This document shows positions 49,733 through 60,504 of a DNA stretch of 64,000 nt, in pieces; positions within the stretch are counted from its first letter, which is position 1, and each line of letters begins with the position of its first letter. The position numbers were made by a program, and so were the translations under genes. The DNA comes from Promethearchaeota archaeon. GTDB taxonomy: Archaea; Asgardarchaeota; Lokiarchaeia; Sigyniarchaeales; SOKP01. Below the pieces are notes generated by a model that was not told the DNA's origin, did not search any database, and worked only from the letters and a program-made list of their open reading frames with translations. The stretch covers positions 32,001 to 96,000 of the forward strand of contig JAEOTR010000041.1 of the NCBI GenBank assembly GCA_016839705.1, in the 5' to 3' direction.

Positions 49733-50755
49733 ATGTTAAATTTCAAATATGAAGATTTTTTATCCTATTTGAAAGGTAAAAAGATCCTCATTACAACTCA
49801 TGATCTAGTAGATATTGACGGTCTTGCTTCATGTTTTGCATTAAAGTTTTTTTTAACTGAGTATTTTTACAAACCAACTATCTCTATATTTTTTTCAGAA
49901 TTATCGAAACCTACTAGAAACTACATGGTTAAATTTTCTGAGAAATTCCCTGAATTTATTTTTACCTACAGCAATAATGTTAAACTGTCTAATTATGATG
50001 TGTGTTTAATAATTGATGCAAATGAAGTTAACCAAATAGGATTAACCACGAAAAATAATACTTCACAATTAAGTATACCTTATATTATTATAGATCATCA
50101 TCACTTCAATAAAGATAACTTGAATAATGAAAATTTGGGATTGTTAAATTTAATTAATGATAATTTTTCTTCCACTGCTGAAATAATTTTGAATTTATGT
50201 CAGCAATATTCTCAAAAATTACCTACCCCTTATAAATATCTAATTACCACCGCAATTTTAACTGATTCTGGCTTTTTTAATTATGGAAACAATAATACCA
50301 TAAAAAATGTAAGTGATTTATTAGATAAAGATTTAGATATTCAAGACGTTAGATTATTATTGAATAAAGAAATCGATATTTCTGAAAGAATAGCACAGAT
50401 TAAAGGATTACAGAGAGTAGAATTAATCCGAGAAGGAAATTATTTAATTGGGATTTCAAATGTCAGTAGTTTTGGGGCAAAGGTTGCAAGTACTCTCCTT
50501 AAAATTGGTTTTGATATCAGTATTATCCATTCAATAGAAAAAGAACAGAAAATAATTAATGGTAGAGTTAAAAAAACTATATGTATTAAAACGGGGTTAC
50601 ACATTGGGAAAATATTTGAAGAAATATCCAAGAAATTTGGGGGAAGTGGGGGCGGACATGATGGTGCTGCCGCATTAACCGTTGATATGGATTCAGAAGT
50701 GATACTGAAAAAAATTATTGAAAAAATAATAGAAGTGTTACGATCTAAAATTTAA
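49733..50755 (+). CDS. DHH family phosphoesterase
   Basis: THDLVDIDG, IIDHH, ILTDSG, GGGHDGAA. Confidence 0.9.
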   Translation: MLNFKYEDFLSYLKGKKILITTHDLVDIDGLASCFALKFFLTEYFYKPTISIFFSELSKPTRNYMVKFSEKFPEFIFTYSNNVKLSNYDVCLIIDANEVNQIGLTTKNNTSQLSIPYIIIDHHHFNKDNLNNENLGLLNLINDNFSSTAEIILNLCQQYSQKLPTPYKYLITTAILTDSGFFNYGNNNTIKNVSDLLDKDLDIQDVRLLLNKEIDISERIAQIKGLQRVELIREGNYLIGISNVSSFGAKVASTLLKIGFDISIIHSIEKEQKIINGRVKKTICIKTGLHIGKIFEEISKKFGGSGGGHDGAAALTVDMDSEVILKKIIEKIIEVLRSKI

Positions 50756-50806
50756 TTTAATAAAAGATTATTATAATTCAAAATTTAAAATCGATTTACT
50801 TTAAGC

Positions 50807-51652
50807 ATGGATTTAATAAGATTCGAAAATTTCTTTTACCGTTATAAAGGAAATGAGGAATATGCCTTAAATAATATTAATTTAAAAATAGAAAAAGAAG
50901 ATAATTTCATATTACTCTGTGGAGAAACAGGATCTGGAAAAACAACATTAATTAAATGCATGAACGGGTTAATCCCGCAATTTTATTCGGGTTTTTATAA
51001 AGGGAGTGTGTTTATAAATGAAAAAAACACAGTTGATACATCAATTGCTAATTTATCGACGGAAGTTGGTATAGTTTTTCAAAATCCGGAGAACCAGTTA
51101 ATTGCTATGAATGTAGAACACGAAATCGCATTTGGGTTAGAAAATCTTGGCATACCTCGCAAAGAAATAGCTCAAAAAATAGAAGAAAGTGCTTCATTAA
51201 CTGAAATTGAACATCTCCTTGATAAAGCACCATTTGAATTAAGTGGTGGGGAACAACAACGTGTAGCAATTGCTTCAATATTAGTACTAGAACCAAAAAT
51301 ATTGATCTTAGATGAACCCACAGCATTATTAGATCCCAAAATGGCAAGGAAGATTATTCGTCTCTTAAAAGAGATTCAATTAGAAAGAAAAATTACAATT
51401 TTGATAAGCGAACATCGACTAGATTTGTTACTCCCGTTCGCTGATCAAATGATCTTGATGAAAAATGGGAGAGTTATTGAACATAATTCTCTTGAAATGG
51501 TTATTAATGGAGAAAACTTCCAGAATTTAAATCTTAACAAACCAATAATTTATTCCATTTTCATGAAATTAAAGGAAGAAAATTTGTTTGAAGGAAAGAT
51601 TCCCACCTCTATTCCAGAGGCGGTGAATTCCTTAAAAAGTGTATTAAAATAA
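50807..51652 (+). CDS. ecfA: ECF transporter ATPase A
   Basis: GETGSGKT, FQNPENQ, LSGGEQQ, LDEPT. Confidence 0.9.
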   Translation: MDLIRFENFFYRYKGNEEYALNNINLKIEKEDNFILLCGETGSGKTTLIKCMNGLIPQFYSGFYKGSVFINEKNTVDTSIANLSTEVGIVFQNPENQLIAMNVEHEIAFGLENLGIPRKEIAQKIEESASLTEIEHLLDKAPFELSGGEQQRVAIASILVLEPKILILDEPTALLDPKMARKIIRLLKEIQLERKITILISEHRLDLLLPFADQMILMKNGRVIEHNSLEMVINGENFQNLNLNKPIIYSIFMKLKEENLFEGKIPTSIPEAVNSLKSVLK

Positions 51653-51664
51653 TTGGTGAGATAG

Positions 51665-52528
51665 ATAAGTCCTGAATTACCCTTGATAATGATTAAAGAT
51701 GTAGTGTATACTTACCCAAATGGCACTACGGCATTGAAAGAAATTAATTTAAACATTTATCAAGGAGAATTAGTTGGTATAATGGGTAAAAACGGAGCAG
51801 GTAAGACAACCCTTATTCGAACTTTAAATGGATTAATAAGACCAACGCAAGGTAATATCTATATTAATAACAACAATATTAAGAACACTACTATTGCATC
51901 ATTATCAAAAGAGGTAGGACTTATATTTCAGAATGCTTCTCATCAACTTTTTGCAAACACTTTAGAGGACGAAATTAAATTTTCCTTGAAAAGTTTTAAT
52001 TTAAGTAAGGAAGAGAGTCAAAAAAAAACAAATGAGATTTTACACCAGTTTAATCTTGAGAAATATAAAAATAGATCTCCCCTGAATCTATCTGGAGGGG
52101 AATCAAAAAAATTAGCTATTGCATCGATATTTTGTAGAGATCCAGATATTTTAATATTTGATGAACCGACTTTAGGTCAAGATGCTAAAGAAATTGATTT
52201 CTTTTTAAGATTAATCAAAAAAGAAAGAGAGTATAACAAAACTATAATAATTATCACCCACAATGTTGAATTTGCGTTTGAATATATACCTAGGACAATT
52301 TTAATGGCAGAGGGGAAAATAATTGCTGATGGACCGACACAAAAAGTATTAAAAAATAAGAAGTTAGTGGAGGATTCTTCATTAGTATTGCCCCAATCCC
52401 AACAACTATCCTTAGCATTAGAATCAGAGGGATTTCAAAACACGGATACTTTACTTTCTAAGTCTGATGCAACACTATATTTAATGCAATTTTTTAAGAA
52501 CGCTATTAGGAGGAATCAGGGGGAATAA
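51665..52528 (+). CDS. ecfA: ECF transporter ATPase A' (ORF-track start 51683)
   Basis: GKNGAGKT, LSGGE, FDEPTLGQD. Confidence 0.9.
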   Translation: MSPELPLIMIKDVVYTYPNGTTALKEINLNIYQGELVGIMGKNGAGKTTLIRTLNGLIRPTQGNIYINNNNIKNTTIASLSKEVGLIFQNASHQLFANTLEDEIKFSLKSFNLSKEESQKKTNEILHQFNLEKYKNRSPLNLSGGESKKLAIASIFCRDPDILIFDEPTLGQDAKEIDFFLRLIKKEREYNKTIIIITHNVEFAFEYIPRTILMAEGKIIADGPTQKVLKNKKLVEDSSLVLPQSQQLSLALESEGFQNTDTLLSKSDATLYLMQFFKNAIRRNQGE

Positions 52529-52533
52529 ATAGT

Positions 52534-53301
52534 ATGTCTTTAGAATTTCTTAACGCCTTTAAATTTATGAGAAAAGAATCATTTTTACATAATTTAGATC
52601 CTCGGGCTAAATTAATTCTTGCGATAACTTATACAATTATAGCATTATTATTCAATCAAATCATTCCATTATTCTTAATTTTCTTAAGCTTAATTCCACT
52701 CATAATCATTGGAAAGATTTTTAGACAGTGGATTAAAAGTATTCGAGGATTATCCTTTTTGGTCATTTTTATAGTAGTTTTAAATACGTTGTTTATTTCG
52801 TTATCTTTTGCAATTGCGATGATACTGAGAATTTTCATTATGATTTCAGCATTTTCAATCTTTTTCTTAACAGTAGATCCAAATAATTTAGCTCTTTCTT
52901 TAATATCTATGAAATTGCCTTATGAATTTGCCTTCTCTTTTTCCTTAGCCTTTAGATTTGTTCCAACCATCGCAAAAGAAGCCCAAAATATAATGGATGC
53001 TCAACAAAGTAGAGGGTACGAAATGCAAGAAAAAGGACTTATTAACCAAATTAAAAATCTTTTTCCATTATTAATTCCATTAATCATATGCTCAATTAGA
53101 AGAGCCTTTAACGTAGCTGAAGCTCTAGAATCAAGAGCATTTGGAAGTAAAAAAGAACGTTCATATTATTACACAATTAAATATTCTGTCAAAGACTGGA
53201 TTTTTACGCTCTATTTGTTATTATTTCTTACATTTTTTATTATATTAAAAATTCAATTTAATTTAATGCCTGAATTCTTTTCATGGAGTTTACCGTTGTG
53301 A
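52534..53301 (+). CDS. ecfT: ECF transporter transmembrane component T
   Basis: LDPRAK, RFVPT, AQQSRG, ALESRAF. Confidence 0.92.
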   Translation: MSLEFLNAFKFMRKESFLHNLDPRAKLILAITYTIIALLFNQIIPLFLIFLSLIPLIIIGKIFRQWIKSIRGLSFLVIFIVVLNTLFISLSFAIAMILRIFIMISAFSIFFLTVDPNNLALSLISMKLPYEFAFSFSLAFRFVPTIAKEAQNIMDAQQSRGYEMQEKGLINQIKNLFPLLIPLIICSIRRAFNVAEALESRAFGSKKERSYYYTIKYSVKDWIFTLYLLLFLTFFIILKIQFNLMPEFFSWSLPL

Positions 53302-53978
53302 TTGTAAAAGATTTTAACATTGAACACATAGGTTTAAAATATTATGTTGGGATTTCTCAAATAAGAATCGAATTAAATCAATTTTTAAAATCTTATAACT
53401 TACCTAATGAAGAAGAAGCGCTAAATTATTTGTTTAAAATAATAGAGGACGTTCAAAATAAAAATAAAGAATTGATAATACAAGTTTTCAAGGATAAATA
53501 TGTTTTAAACCAAGATCATATTTTTATCGCATGTTATTATCTACAAAAAGCAATATTTCATGAAACCCTAATATCTAAAAAGAAAAATATTGAATTACTA
53601 TTATATTTATCAACATATAGGCAAATAGGTAAGGGTATAAAATCGTTTGGTGTTGATACTTCTGACTTAAAGAAGGGCACATTTCTAATCTGTATTATCT
53701 CACCGATTAACAACCTCACCAAGATTAATAATGATATTTTAGAAATTCTTAATGCAACAGAGTTAGACATATCTATCAATGATTTAACAGATGAGAAGAT
53801 CAAAGAAATACTAAAGTTTTATGAGATGTCTAAACCACAAATCAAATCTGTATTAAATTCTTATGGGATTAAAAATATCAATATAGAAAATCCAAATAAC
53901 AACTTAAATGATATATCAGTGGCAATATTTGACTTAATATGTGAGAAAATGGCGCTGTTGAGTTTGGAAAAAATATAA
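53283..53978 (+). CDS. cgi121: KEOPS subunit Cgi121
   Basis: NIELLLYLSTYRQIGKGIKSFGV, CEKMAL. Confidence 0.8.
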   Translation: MEFTVVIVKDFNIEHIGLKYYVGISQIRIELNQFLKSYNLPNEEEALNYLFKIIEDVQNKNKELIIQVFKDKYVLNQDHIFIACYYLQKAIFHETLISKKKNIELLLYLSTYRQIGKGIKSFGVDTSDLKKGTFLICIISPINNLTKINNDILEILNATELDISINDLTDEKIKEILKFYEMSKPQIKSVLNSYGIKNINIENPNNNLNDISVAIFDLICEKMALLSLEKI

Positions 53979-53993
53979 TTAGGCATATCAAAC

Positions 53994-54509
53994 TTAATCT
54001 ACTTTATGGACAATATCATTCTTTTGCAAAAAAGATACACTACTAAAATTACCTAAAATTTCTATCCTAATTACTTTATCGGGATTCTCAAGATCAACTT
54101 TATTATGTATTCCCGCAGCAATTCGTTCGATAAGAGTATCTCTTTCTATTTTCTCATGCTTTCTCCGCTTTAATTCAATTTTAAAAGAATCTTGTTCTTT
54201 GATAAATGTGTTACAATGATGATGTATCAAATTTACCAATATTTTGGTATTTGTTTCACATACAAAATCTATAGGGATAATTTTCAGTATATATTGGAAA
54301 AAGTGGGATTTTTCTTTCAATAGCTTTCGAATTTTTCGAGTAACTAATTTGGCATTTATCTCAGTTAACGCAGTTAATAACCCGGGAAATGTCAATGTTG
54401 AGATTATTGGATAGGTATCACCACATATTAATAGAGTAAACCATAACTCTGTACTGGCATTTGTCTCATTATATCTTGACGTAGAAATTAATAAATTGAA
54501 ATTTTTTAT
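53994..54509 (-). CDS. THUMP-domain protein (Tan1-like); probable ATA start at 54509 (ORF-track start 54395)
   Basis: FNLLISTSRYNE N-terminus, ILKIIPID, SFKIELKRR, KVDLENPDKVIRIEILG. Confidence 0.85.
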   Translation of the reverse strand: MKNFNLLISTSRYNETNASTELWFTLLICGDTYPIISTLTFPGLLTALTEINAKLVTRKIRKLLKEKSHFFQYILKIIPIDFVCETNTKILVNLIHHHCNTFIKEQDSFKIELKRRKHEKIERDTLIERIAAGIHNKVDLENPDKVIRIEILGNFSSVSFLQKNDIVHKVD

Positions 54510-54523
54510 TTATATCACTTTCT

Positions 54524-55183
54524 TTATTTTGACAAAAACTCTAAAATCTCTTCTTTAGGGATCTTCCCAATTCTTAAAAACTTTGGTACAGGTGTTGAAC
54601 AGTCAATAATGGTAGTTGAAAGTTGAGATTGAGACTTACCCCCATCAATAATTAAATCAATTGGACTTAGTATTTTCTTTGCTACTTCGTCCCCACTAAT
54701 ACAGGGAGGTTCCCCTGAATAGTTTGCTGAAGTTCCTATTATAATCCCTAAGAAGCCTTGAGATTTTAAAATATTTAATATTTCCGCAATAATTTCATTC
54801 TCAGGAACTCGCAATCCAATTGTATCTTTGTATGCAGTAACTTCGGGTGGTATTATACATTGGTCTTTCTTTCTTAATATTAGTGTCAATTGACCTGGCC
54901 AATATTTTTTTGCCAATCTAAGAGCTAAATCGTTAAATTCAGCAATCTTTAAAGCCTCTTCAATATCGGAAGCTAAAAGTAAGAATCCTTTAGATTTATC
55001 TCGAAACTTTATATCATACAATCTGTTGATAACATTTAAATTTAACGGGTTACCTCCAATACCATAAACGGAATTAGTAGGGAAGGCAATTATTTTCCCC
55101 TCTATTATATTTTCAACAGCAACCTCTAAATAGAAGGCTACTTCTCTCAAATCTTTCCCAGCAAGCTTTACTAAAAATCCCAT
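54524..55183 (-). CDS. sua5: Threonylcarbamoyl-AMP synthase (YrdC/Sua5 domain)
   Basis: AFPTNSVYG, KFR, WPGQLT, LRVP, TSANYSG, STTIID. Confidence 0.9.
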   Translation of the reverse strand: MGFLVKLAGKDLREVAFYLEVAVENIIEGKIIAFPTNSVYGIGGNPLNLNVINRLYDIKFRDKSKGFLLLASDIEEALKIAEFNDLALRLAKKYWPGQLTLILRKKDQCIIPPEVTAYKDTIGLRVPENEIIAEILNILKSQGFLGIIIGTSANYSGEPPCISGDEVAKKILSPIDLIIDGGKSQSQLSTTIIDCSTPVPKFLRIGKIPKEEILEFLSK

Positions 55184-55355
55184 GAATATTAGCTAAGTTT
55201 GTTCAATATTTAAATTCATTAAATTGAAAAAAATCAATATTAATTATAAATTTGTTTTATTAGACTATAATTTGCGATAACAAACCACTCAGAAATCAAT
55301 TTTTAAATTGATAATATTTATTTACAATAATAAGTGTAGTTTAAAAGATTTGTAA

Positions 55356-56297
55356 TTATTTTGGATATTGGTCTTGACAACTTAATTCTACGGTTATTCG
55401 TTCCCAATTATGATCCAATTGTTCTTGAAGTTCTATCAAATCTTTTTCAGAAATTTGTGAGAATCGTTTCTGTTTGGAAAGATAATCGATTAATGGAGCT
55501 CTCCTAGAAGCATCTGTCAACGATTTACTTTTTTTCGATAATGTCATTATACCATTTTCAACCTCAAACAATATCCACGAACCTGATTTTACTGCCAATC
55601 GTGCAACTTCAATTGCATTTTCAGAATTGAATCCCCATCCCGGAGGGCAAGGAGCTAAAATATGAATATATTTACAGCCTTTAATTGATTTTGCTTTTTT
55701 AAATTTATCATATAAATCAAGTGGTTCGCTAATACTGCAGGTTGCAACATAAGGTATCTCATGGGCTGCTAAAATAGCTGGAAGGTTCTTCTTAAACCTA
55801 TCTTTTCCAAGAGTTGTAGTTGTAGTAATTGCTCCGTGAGGTGTGCTTGAAGACCGCTGAATTCCAGTGTTCATATATGCCTCGTTATCATAACAGCAAT
55901 AAATTATATTTGTATTTCTTTCTGCTGCTCCGCTTAGACCTTGAATACCTATGTCTGCTGTGCCTCCATCTCCCGCAAATACTAATGTAGTTATTTCTTC
56001 CCATCCTCTATTTGGGAACTTATATGCTTTCGCATCGAATGCAGCTTTCATTCCAGTAGCTGCAGCTGCCCCTGCCGCAAATGCCATATTGGTAAATGGG
56101 AAATTTGGAGCTGTTTTAGGCCATAACCCAATAACAACATTTAAGCATGACGCAGGGGTTACAAGAGCGGTATTAGGACCTAAAGCTTTCATTGCCCATC
56201 TAAGTGCAATCTCAAGACCACAACCCGCACAGCAAGAGTTACCCGGGAGAAAAAACTCCTCTTGACATGAATCTAACGCTTCTTTTAATTTTACCAT
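55356..56297 (-). CDS. porB: 2-oxoacid (pyruvate-type):ferredoxin oxidoreductase beta subunit
   Basis: CAGCG, GDGGTADIG, YDNEAYMNTGIQRS, PCPPGW. Confidence 0.92.
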   Translation of the reverse strand: MVKLKEALDSCQEEFFLPGNSCCAGCGLEIALRWAMKALGPNTALVTPASCLNVVIGLWPKTAPNFPFTNMAFAAGAAAATGMKAAFDAKAYKFPNRGWEEITTLVFAGDGGTADIGIQGLSGAAERNTNIIYCCYDNEAYMNTGIQRSSSTPHGAITTTTTLGKDRFKKNLPAILAAHEIPYVATCSISEPLDLYDKFKKAKSIKGCKYIHILAPCPPGWGFNSENAIEVARLAVKSGSWILFEVENGIMTLSKKSKSLTDASRRAPLIDYLSKQKRFSQISEKDLIELQEQLDHNWERITVELSCQDQYPK

Positions 56298-56300
56298 CTT

Positions 56301-57557
56301 TTACTCAACCTCCAATAATCCATCCCAGAGAGTTCCATGAAGTATATCTTTCGGAAGCTCTCCGGTTTCATTTAATTTAACTAACATTTTTAATTGGTTT
56401 TTTTGGTGCTCCACGGAAACCTCTCTTCCACCTAATCCATTAATGATTGGCAATACCTTCGCAGTTTCCTTAATACCATGTAAAGCAGCTTTGACTTCAC
56501 AACTAACTGGACCTCCTGTTTGAGATCCAAATGCAGTTGCTCTATCAATAATCCCTATTAAATCAACCTTTTTAACAACATTTATGATGTCTTCAACAGG
56601 AAAAGGACGAAAATGTCTCAACTTTACCATCCCTACCTTGTAACCTTCTTCTCGTACTTCATCAATAGCTTGTTCCATTTGTAATGCGAGATCACCATAA
56701 GCCATAACCGCTACATCAGCGTCATTTATTTTATACTCTTGAATTAATCCATTCCCATAATTTCTCCCAAAAACTTTTTCAAACTCTTTAGTGGCATTTC
56801 TAATTTTTTCTTTTGCTTGAATGTGAGCATCATGAATTTTCATTCTAAATTCATAATAAAAGCCTGAGGGCATAATCAAATTTCCGAACATCATTGGTCT
56901 TTTAGGATCCATCCATATATGAGGCCATCCCTCTTCCGCTGGTAAGGAAGGCAAATATTCATTAACAAGATCTTGGTCTTCTATGATTACTGGTTTTGAA
57001 GTGTGAGACAGAATAAAACCCCCATAGGCAATAAATTTTGGAAGCAATATCTCGTGATCTTCACACACTTTGTACGACATCAATATTTCATCATAAATTT
57101 CTTGATGAGAGGCACAAAATGAACTCATCCATCCTGTGTCTCGTTGACTTAATACATCAGTAAAATCCGCCCAAATGTTCCAAGGAGGTGCTGGACCTCT
57201 TGAAGCAATCGCAACAACAATTGGAAGTCTCGCTCCAGCAGCCCAGTGAATCATTTCATGGGCATAAAATATACCTTGACCAGAGGTAGCAGTGAATGTT
57301 CTCGTCCCCGCTTTACTAGCACCTATAACCGCGGCAAAAACGCTATGCTCGGATTCGACCTTAATAAATTGAGTTCCCGGCATTTCTCTATTATCCGCAA
57401 ATTCAGATAATTTTTCTACAACAGTTGTTTGAGGGGTTATTGGATATGCACTGATTACTTGAACTCGTGCTGATTTTGCAGCATAAGCTGCCGCTACATT
57501 TCCTTTAATTATTTTAGTTTCTCTTTCTTGAATAAAATCTTGTTGGGTTTCAACCAT
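56301..57557 (-). CDS. porA: 2-oxoacid:ferredoxin oxidoreductase alpha subunit
   Basis: AYPITPQT, VESEHS, TATSGQG, RPFP, GLGGR. Confidence 0.92.
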   Translation of the reverse strand: MVETQQDFIQERETKIIKGNVAAAYAAKSARVQVISAYPITPQTTVVEKLSEFADNREMPGTQFIKVESEHSVFAAVIGASKAGTRTFTATSGQGIFYAHEMIHWAAGARLPIVVAIASRGPAPPWNIWADFTDVLSQRDTGWMSSFCASHQEIYDEILMSYKVCEDHEILLPKFIAYGGFILSHTSKPVIIEDQDLVNEYLPSLPAEEGWPHIWMDPKRPMMFGNLIMPSGFYYEFRMKIHDAHIQAKEKIRNATKEFEKVFGRNYGNGLIQEYKINDADVAVMAYGDLALQMEQAIDEVREEGYKVGMVKLRHFRPFPVEDIINVVKKVDLIGIIDRATAFGSQTGGPVSCEVKAALHGIKETAKVLPIINGLGGREVSVEHQKNQLKMLVKLNETGELPKDILHGTLWDGLLEVE

Positions 57558-57903
57558 CGTTTAAATCACACTCTCTAATCATTTCAATTGAATTTGATGG
57601 ACATTCTTTAGCACAGATTCCGCAACCTTTACAGTATTCAAGCTCAATTTCAAATGTACCATCTTCTTTCCTTTTAACAACCCCTTCAGGGCAATACATC
57701 CAACAAATACCACATTGATTACATCCTTCCTTGATTATGGGTCTAAAAGTTCTCCAATCACCTGTTGAGCCGATACTCCCTTCTATAGGTAATGAAATGG
57801 GGATTGGGGGTAATTCTTTCCAATTTTTATATTCTTGAACTTTAGGACGTTCCTTTACTGATTTATTAATTTTTTTCCAATTTTTTGATTTAGATTTTGA
57901 CAT
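57550..57903 (-). CDS. porD: 2-oxoacid:ferredoxin oxidoreductase delta subunit
   Basis: TGDWRTFRP, CNQCGICWMYCP, CKGCGICAKECP. Confidence 0.92.
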   Translation of the reverse strand: MSKSKSKNWKKINKSVKERPKVQEYKNWKELPPIPISLPIEGSIGSTGDWRTFRPIIKEGCNQCGICWMYCPEGVVKRKEDGTFEIELEYCKGCGICAKECPSNSIEMIRECDLNDG

Positions 57904-57904
57904 A

Positions 57905-58483
57905 TTAACTCTCTCTAACTGTCTCATAAGCATCTTTAGCGACGCTCATATTCTTTTCTACTCTACTATCTCCAAATTCTTTTTTGATAACTTTTTCCAT
58001 AATTTTTAAATCATAATACCCAGTGACTTTACCGAAAGCCCCTAACATAGGAATGTTTAAAATAGGACCACTAGAATGCATAAATTCTCTTTTAATGCAA
58101 ATACCTGTAGCATCAACAATAAAAATCTTTATATTTTTTGGTAATCCATTAGTATCTATTGGATTAGGGCTATTTACAATGAGTGTAACTCCCTCCTTTA
58201 TAGTGTCCTTAATTCTTGGTACATCCAATAGTGATACATCAAATAATAGAAAGTAATCAGGATTTACTACACTATCATAAGTTTTAATTGGTTTTTTCAT
58301 TGAAATTTTTGCAAATGCTTGTATTGGGGCACCTCTTCTTTCTGCTCCGATGATGGGAATAGCTATTGTATCTTTAAAACCTTTTTCAAATGCCATTTCT
58401 GCCAATAATTGACTTGCTGTTATACAAGTTTGACCCCCTCTACAATGCATTGAAATTTCCACAATTTTTTCATCGTTCGACAA
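57905..58483 (-). CDS. porG: 2-oxoacid:ferredoxin oxidoreductase gamma subunit
   Basis: HCRGGQ, GAERRGAP, VDAT, NIPMLGA. Confidence 0.9.
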   Translation of the reverse strand: MSNDEKIVEISMHCRGGQTCITASQLLAEMAFEKGFKDTIAIPIIGAERRGAPIQAFAKISMKKPIKTYDSVVNPDYFLLFDVSLLDVPRIKDTIKEGVTLIVNSPNPIDTNGLPKNIKIFIVDATGICIKREFMHSSGPILNIPMLGAFGKVTGYYDLKIMEKVIKKEFGDSRVEKNMSVAKDAYETVRES

Positions 58484-58713
58484 TTTTTTTTCAGCTTCCT
58501 ACGGTTTTTCTGGAGTAAACTATACTTATTTCATTATTTCTTTAAAAATAGAGATCAATAAAAAATTTTCGAAATAAATTTATAATCTGTAGGGTTTTTA
58601 TGGTAATATTTCATTTACCCGAATATTTTAACCCAAAAGGAACAAAAATGATGGTAATTTTATTTAATAATCAGACTAACTTTTAACTTATAGATACATC
58701 AGAAGTAGTCACT

Positions 58714-59265
58714 ATGACACAAGAAGAATTTTCAATCAAATGTCCTGCTTGTGAACAAGGAATTATTGTTATCAGCAAAACTATGTATGATTTGCCGGAT
58801 AAGGACAAAATGCTCATTTTGAAATTTGAATGTGATAAATGTAGTTTTTTCAAAAATGATATTATCCCTCTTACGACAAATATGGATTCTGGGGTAATGA
58901 CTCTTGAAATTACAAATGAAGCAGATCTCAAATCAAAAATATACCGCTCTCCTATGGGGAAATTGGAAATCCCTGAGCTTGAGCTAGAGGTAGAACCAGG
59001 TCCGAGAGCAGATTTCTACTACACTAATGTAGAAGGCATACTACTTCGTTTTGAAAATGCAGTTTCAATTTATAGGAACAATCTCGAGGAAGATGATCAA
59101 CAAATTGTTGAAATTGAGAAACTTCAAAATGATCTGAAAAAGGCAATGAAAGGAAAATTAAAATTTACTTTAATAATTACTGATACTCAAGGAGGGAGTT
59201 ATATAATTCCACAGGATAAATCAAAATACACATTTGAAAAATTAATGAAAAACGATTTAGAATAA
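58714..59265 (+). CDS. ZPR1 zinc finger protein
   Basis: CPAC..CDKC, IPELELEVEPG, TNVEGIL, DTQGGSYI. Confidence 0.9.
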   Translation: MTQEEFSIKCPACEQGIIVISKTMYDLPDKDKMLILKFECDKCSFFKNDIIPLTTNMDSGVMTLEITNEADLKSKIYRSPMGKLEIPELELEVEPGPRADFYYTNVEGILLRFENAVSIYRNNLEEDDQQIVEIEKLQNDLKKAMKGKLKFTLIITDTQGGSYIIPQDKSKYTFEKLMKNDLE

Positions 59266-59322
59266 ATATAAAAAATGATTTTATCATAATGTTTTATTAA
59301 ATTAAATCAACTCTGAAATATT

Positions 59323-60486
59323 GTGAAAGTGATGGGAGATCAAATAAAAAGAATTGGAATCTTAACCGGTGGTGGGGATTGTCCAGGTTTGAATTCAGTA
59401 ATCTATGGAATTATGCTCAAAGCTTATGACGCGGGTATTGAATGTATTGGGATTTTAAAAGGTTGGAAAGGTTTTATTGAAAACCTTACCATACCCTTGA
59501 ACATAGCTGACCATGATGACCTACATACTGTGGGTGGGACCATTCTATATACAAGTAGAACAAATCCTTTCAAAACAAATTCATCAAAAGAACAGGTCGC
59601 CAAGGATCTAGCTAGTAAATTTGAAGAACTTGGAATTGATGCTTTAGTTGCAATAGGGGGCGATGACACACTCGGGGTTGCTGATGCTTTATATAAATAT
59701 GCCGATGCAAAAGTGGTAGGCGTGCCAAAAACCATTGATAATGACTTAAAAGGAACACATTATACGTTTGGATTTTGGAGTGCTGTTCAATTGGCATCAA
59801 ATTCAATGGATAATTTAACAACAACAGCAAGATCTCACCAAAGAGTCTTTGTTGTGGAAATTATGGGTCGAGATGCAGGATTTCTTACAATGTATAGTGG
59901 TATATCTGCTGGAGCCGATATTATTTTGATCCCTGAAACTCCATTTGACTTAGAGAAAGATATTATTGAAGTGTTAAAAAATCGAGTAAAATCAGGTTAT
60001 AAACACCATATAATTGCAGTTTCAGAGGGTGCTTATCCCGAAGCTGAATCGTTAAAAAACGATTTTAAAACGATTTCACAAGATACTATTAATAAATTAC
60101 CCAAAGATACGTTTGGAAATCCTTTACTTACTCATTTGAAAATCTCGCAAATAATTGTAGAAGAATTGAATTTAAGAGATGACCTAAAACAAGAATTCAA
60201 TAAGAATGGAGTAGATTATGAGTGTAGAAGTGTTATTCTTGGTCATACTATGAGAGCTGGAACACCAAACTCATTCGATAGAATTTTAGGATTAAGATTT
60301 GGATTAGCAGCTATGAAGTTAATAATAGAATCTAAATTTGGGAATATGGTCTCACTTCAAGGCAATAAAATGGAAACAGTTCCTCTCTCAGAAGGAGTAA
60401 AAAAGAAATATATTACCCCCGATAATGATAAAATGGAATTAAGAGATTTGCTAGTGAAAATTAGGTATCTCTCTAAACAAAAGTAA
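59323..60486 (+). CDS. pfk: 6-phosphofructokinase (PfkA family, ATP/PPi group III)
   Basis: GILTGGGDCPGLN, GGTILYTSR, GGDDT, PKTIDND, EIMGR. Confidence 0.92.
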   Translation: MKVMGDQIKRIGILTGGGDCPGLNSVIYGIMLKAYDAGIECIGILKGWKGFIENLTIPLNIADHDDLHTVGGTILYTSRTNPFKTNSSKEQVAKDLASKFEELGIDALVAIGGDDTLGVADALYKYADAKVVGVPKTIDNDLKGTHYTFGFWSAVQLASNSMDNLTTTARSHQRVFVVEIMGRDAGFLTMYSGISAGADIILIPETPFDLEKDIIEVLKNRVKSGYKHHIIAVSEGAYPEAESLKNDFKTISQDTINKLPKDTFGNPLLTHLKISQIIVEELNLRDDLKQEFNKNGVDYECRSVILGHTMRAGTPNSFDRILGLRFGLAAMKLIIESKFGNMVSLQGNKMETVPLSEGVKKKYITPDNDKMELRDLLVKIRYLSKQK

Positions 60487-60504
60487 GACTAATCTTCTCA
60501 CACT

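Noticed and set aside
55990-56025. Hairpin TTCCCA/TGGGAA in a small porB insertion as a second mRNA intron
   Set aside because: Central 4-bp helix does not form and BHB-rule excision (28 nt) would break the frame; the ORF is already open
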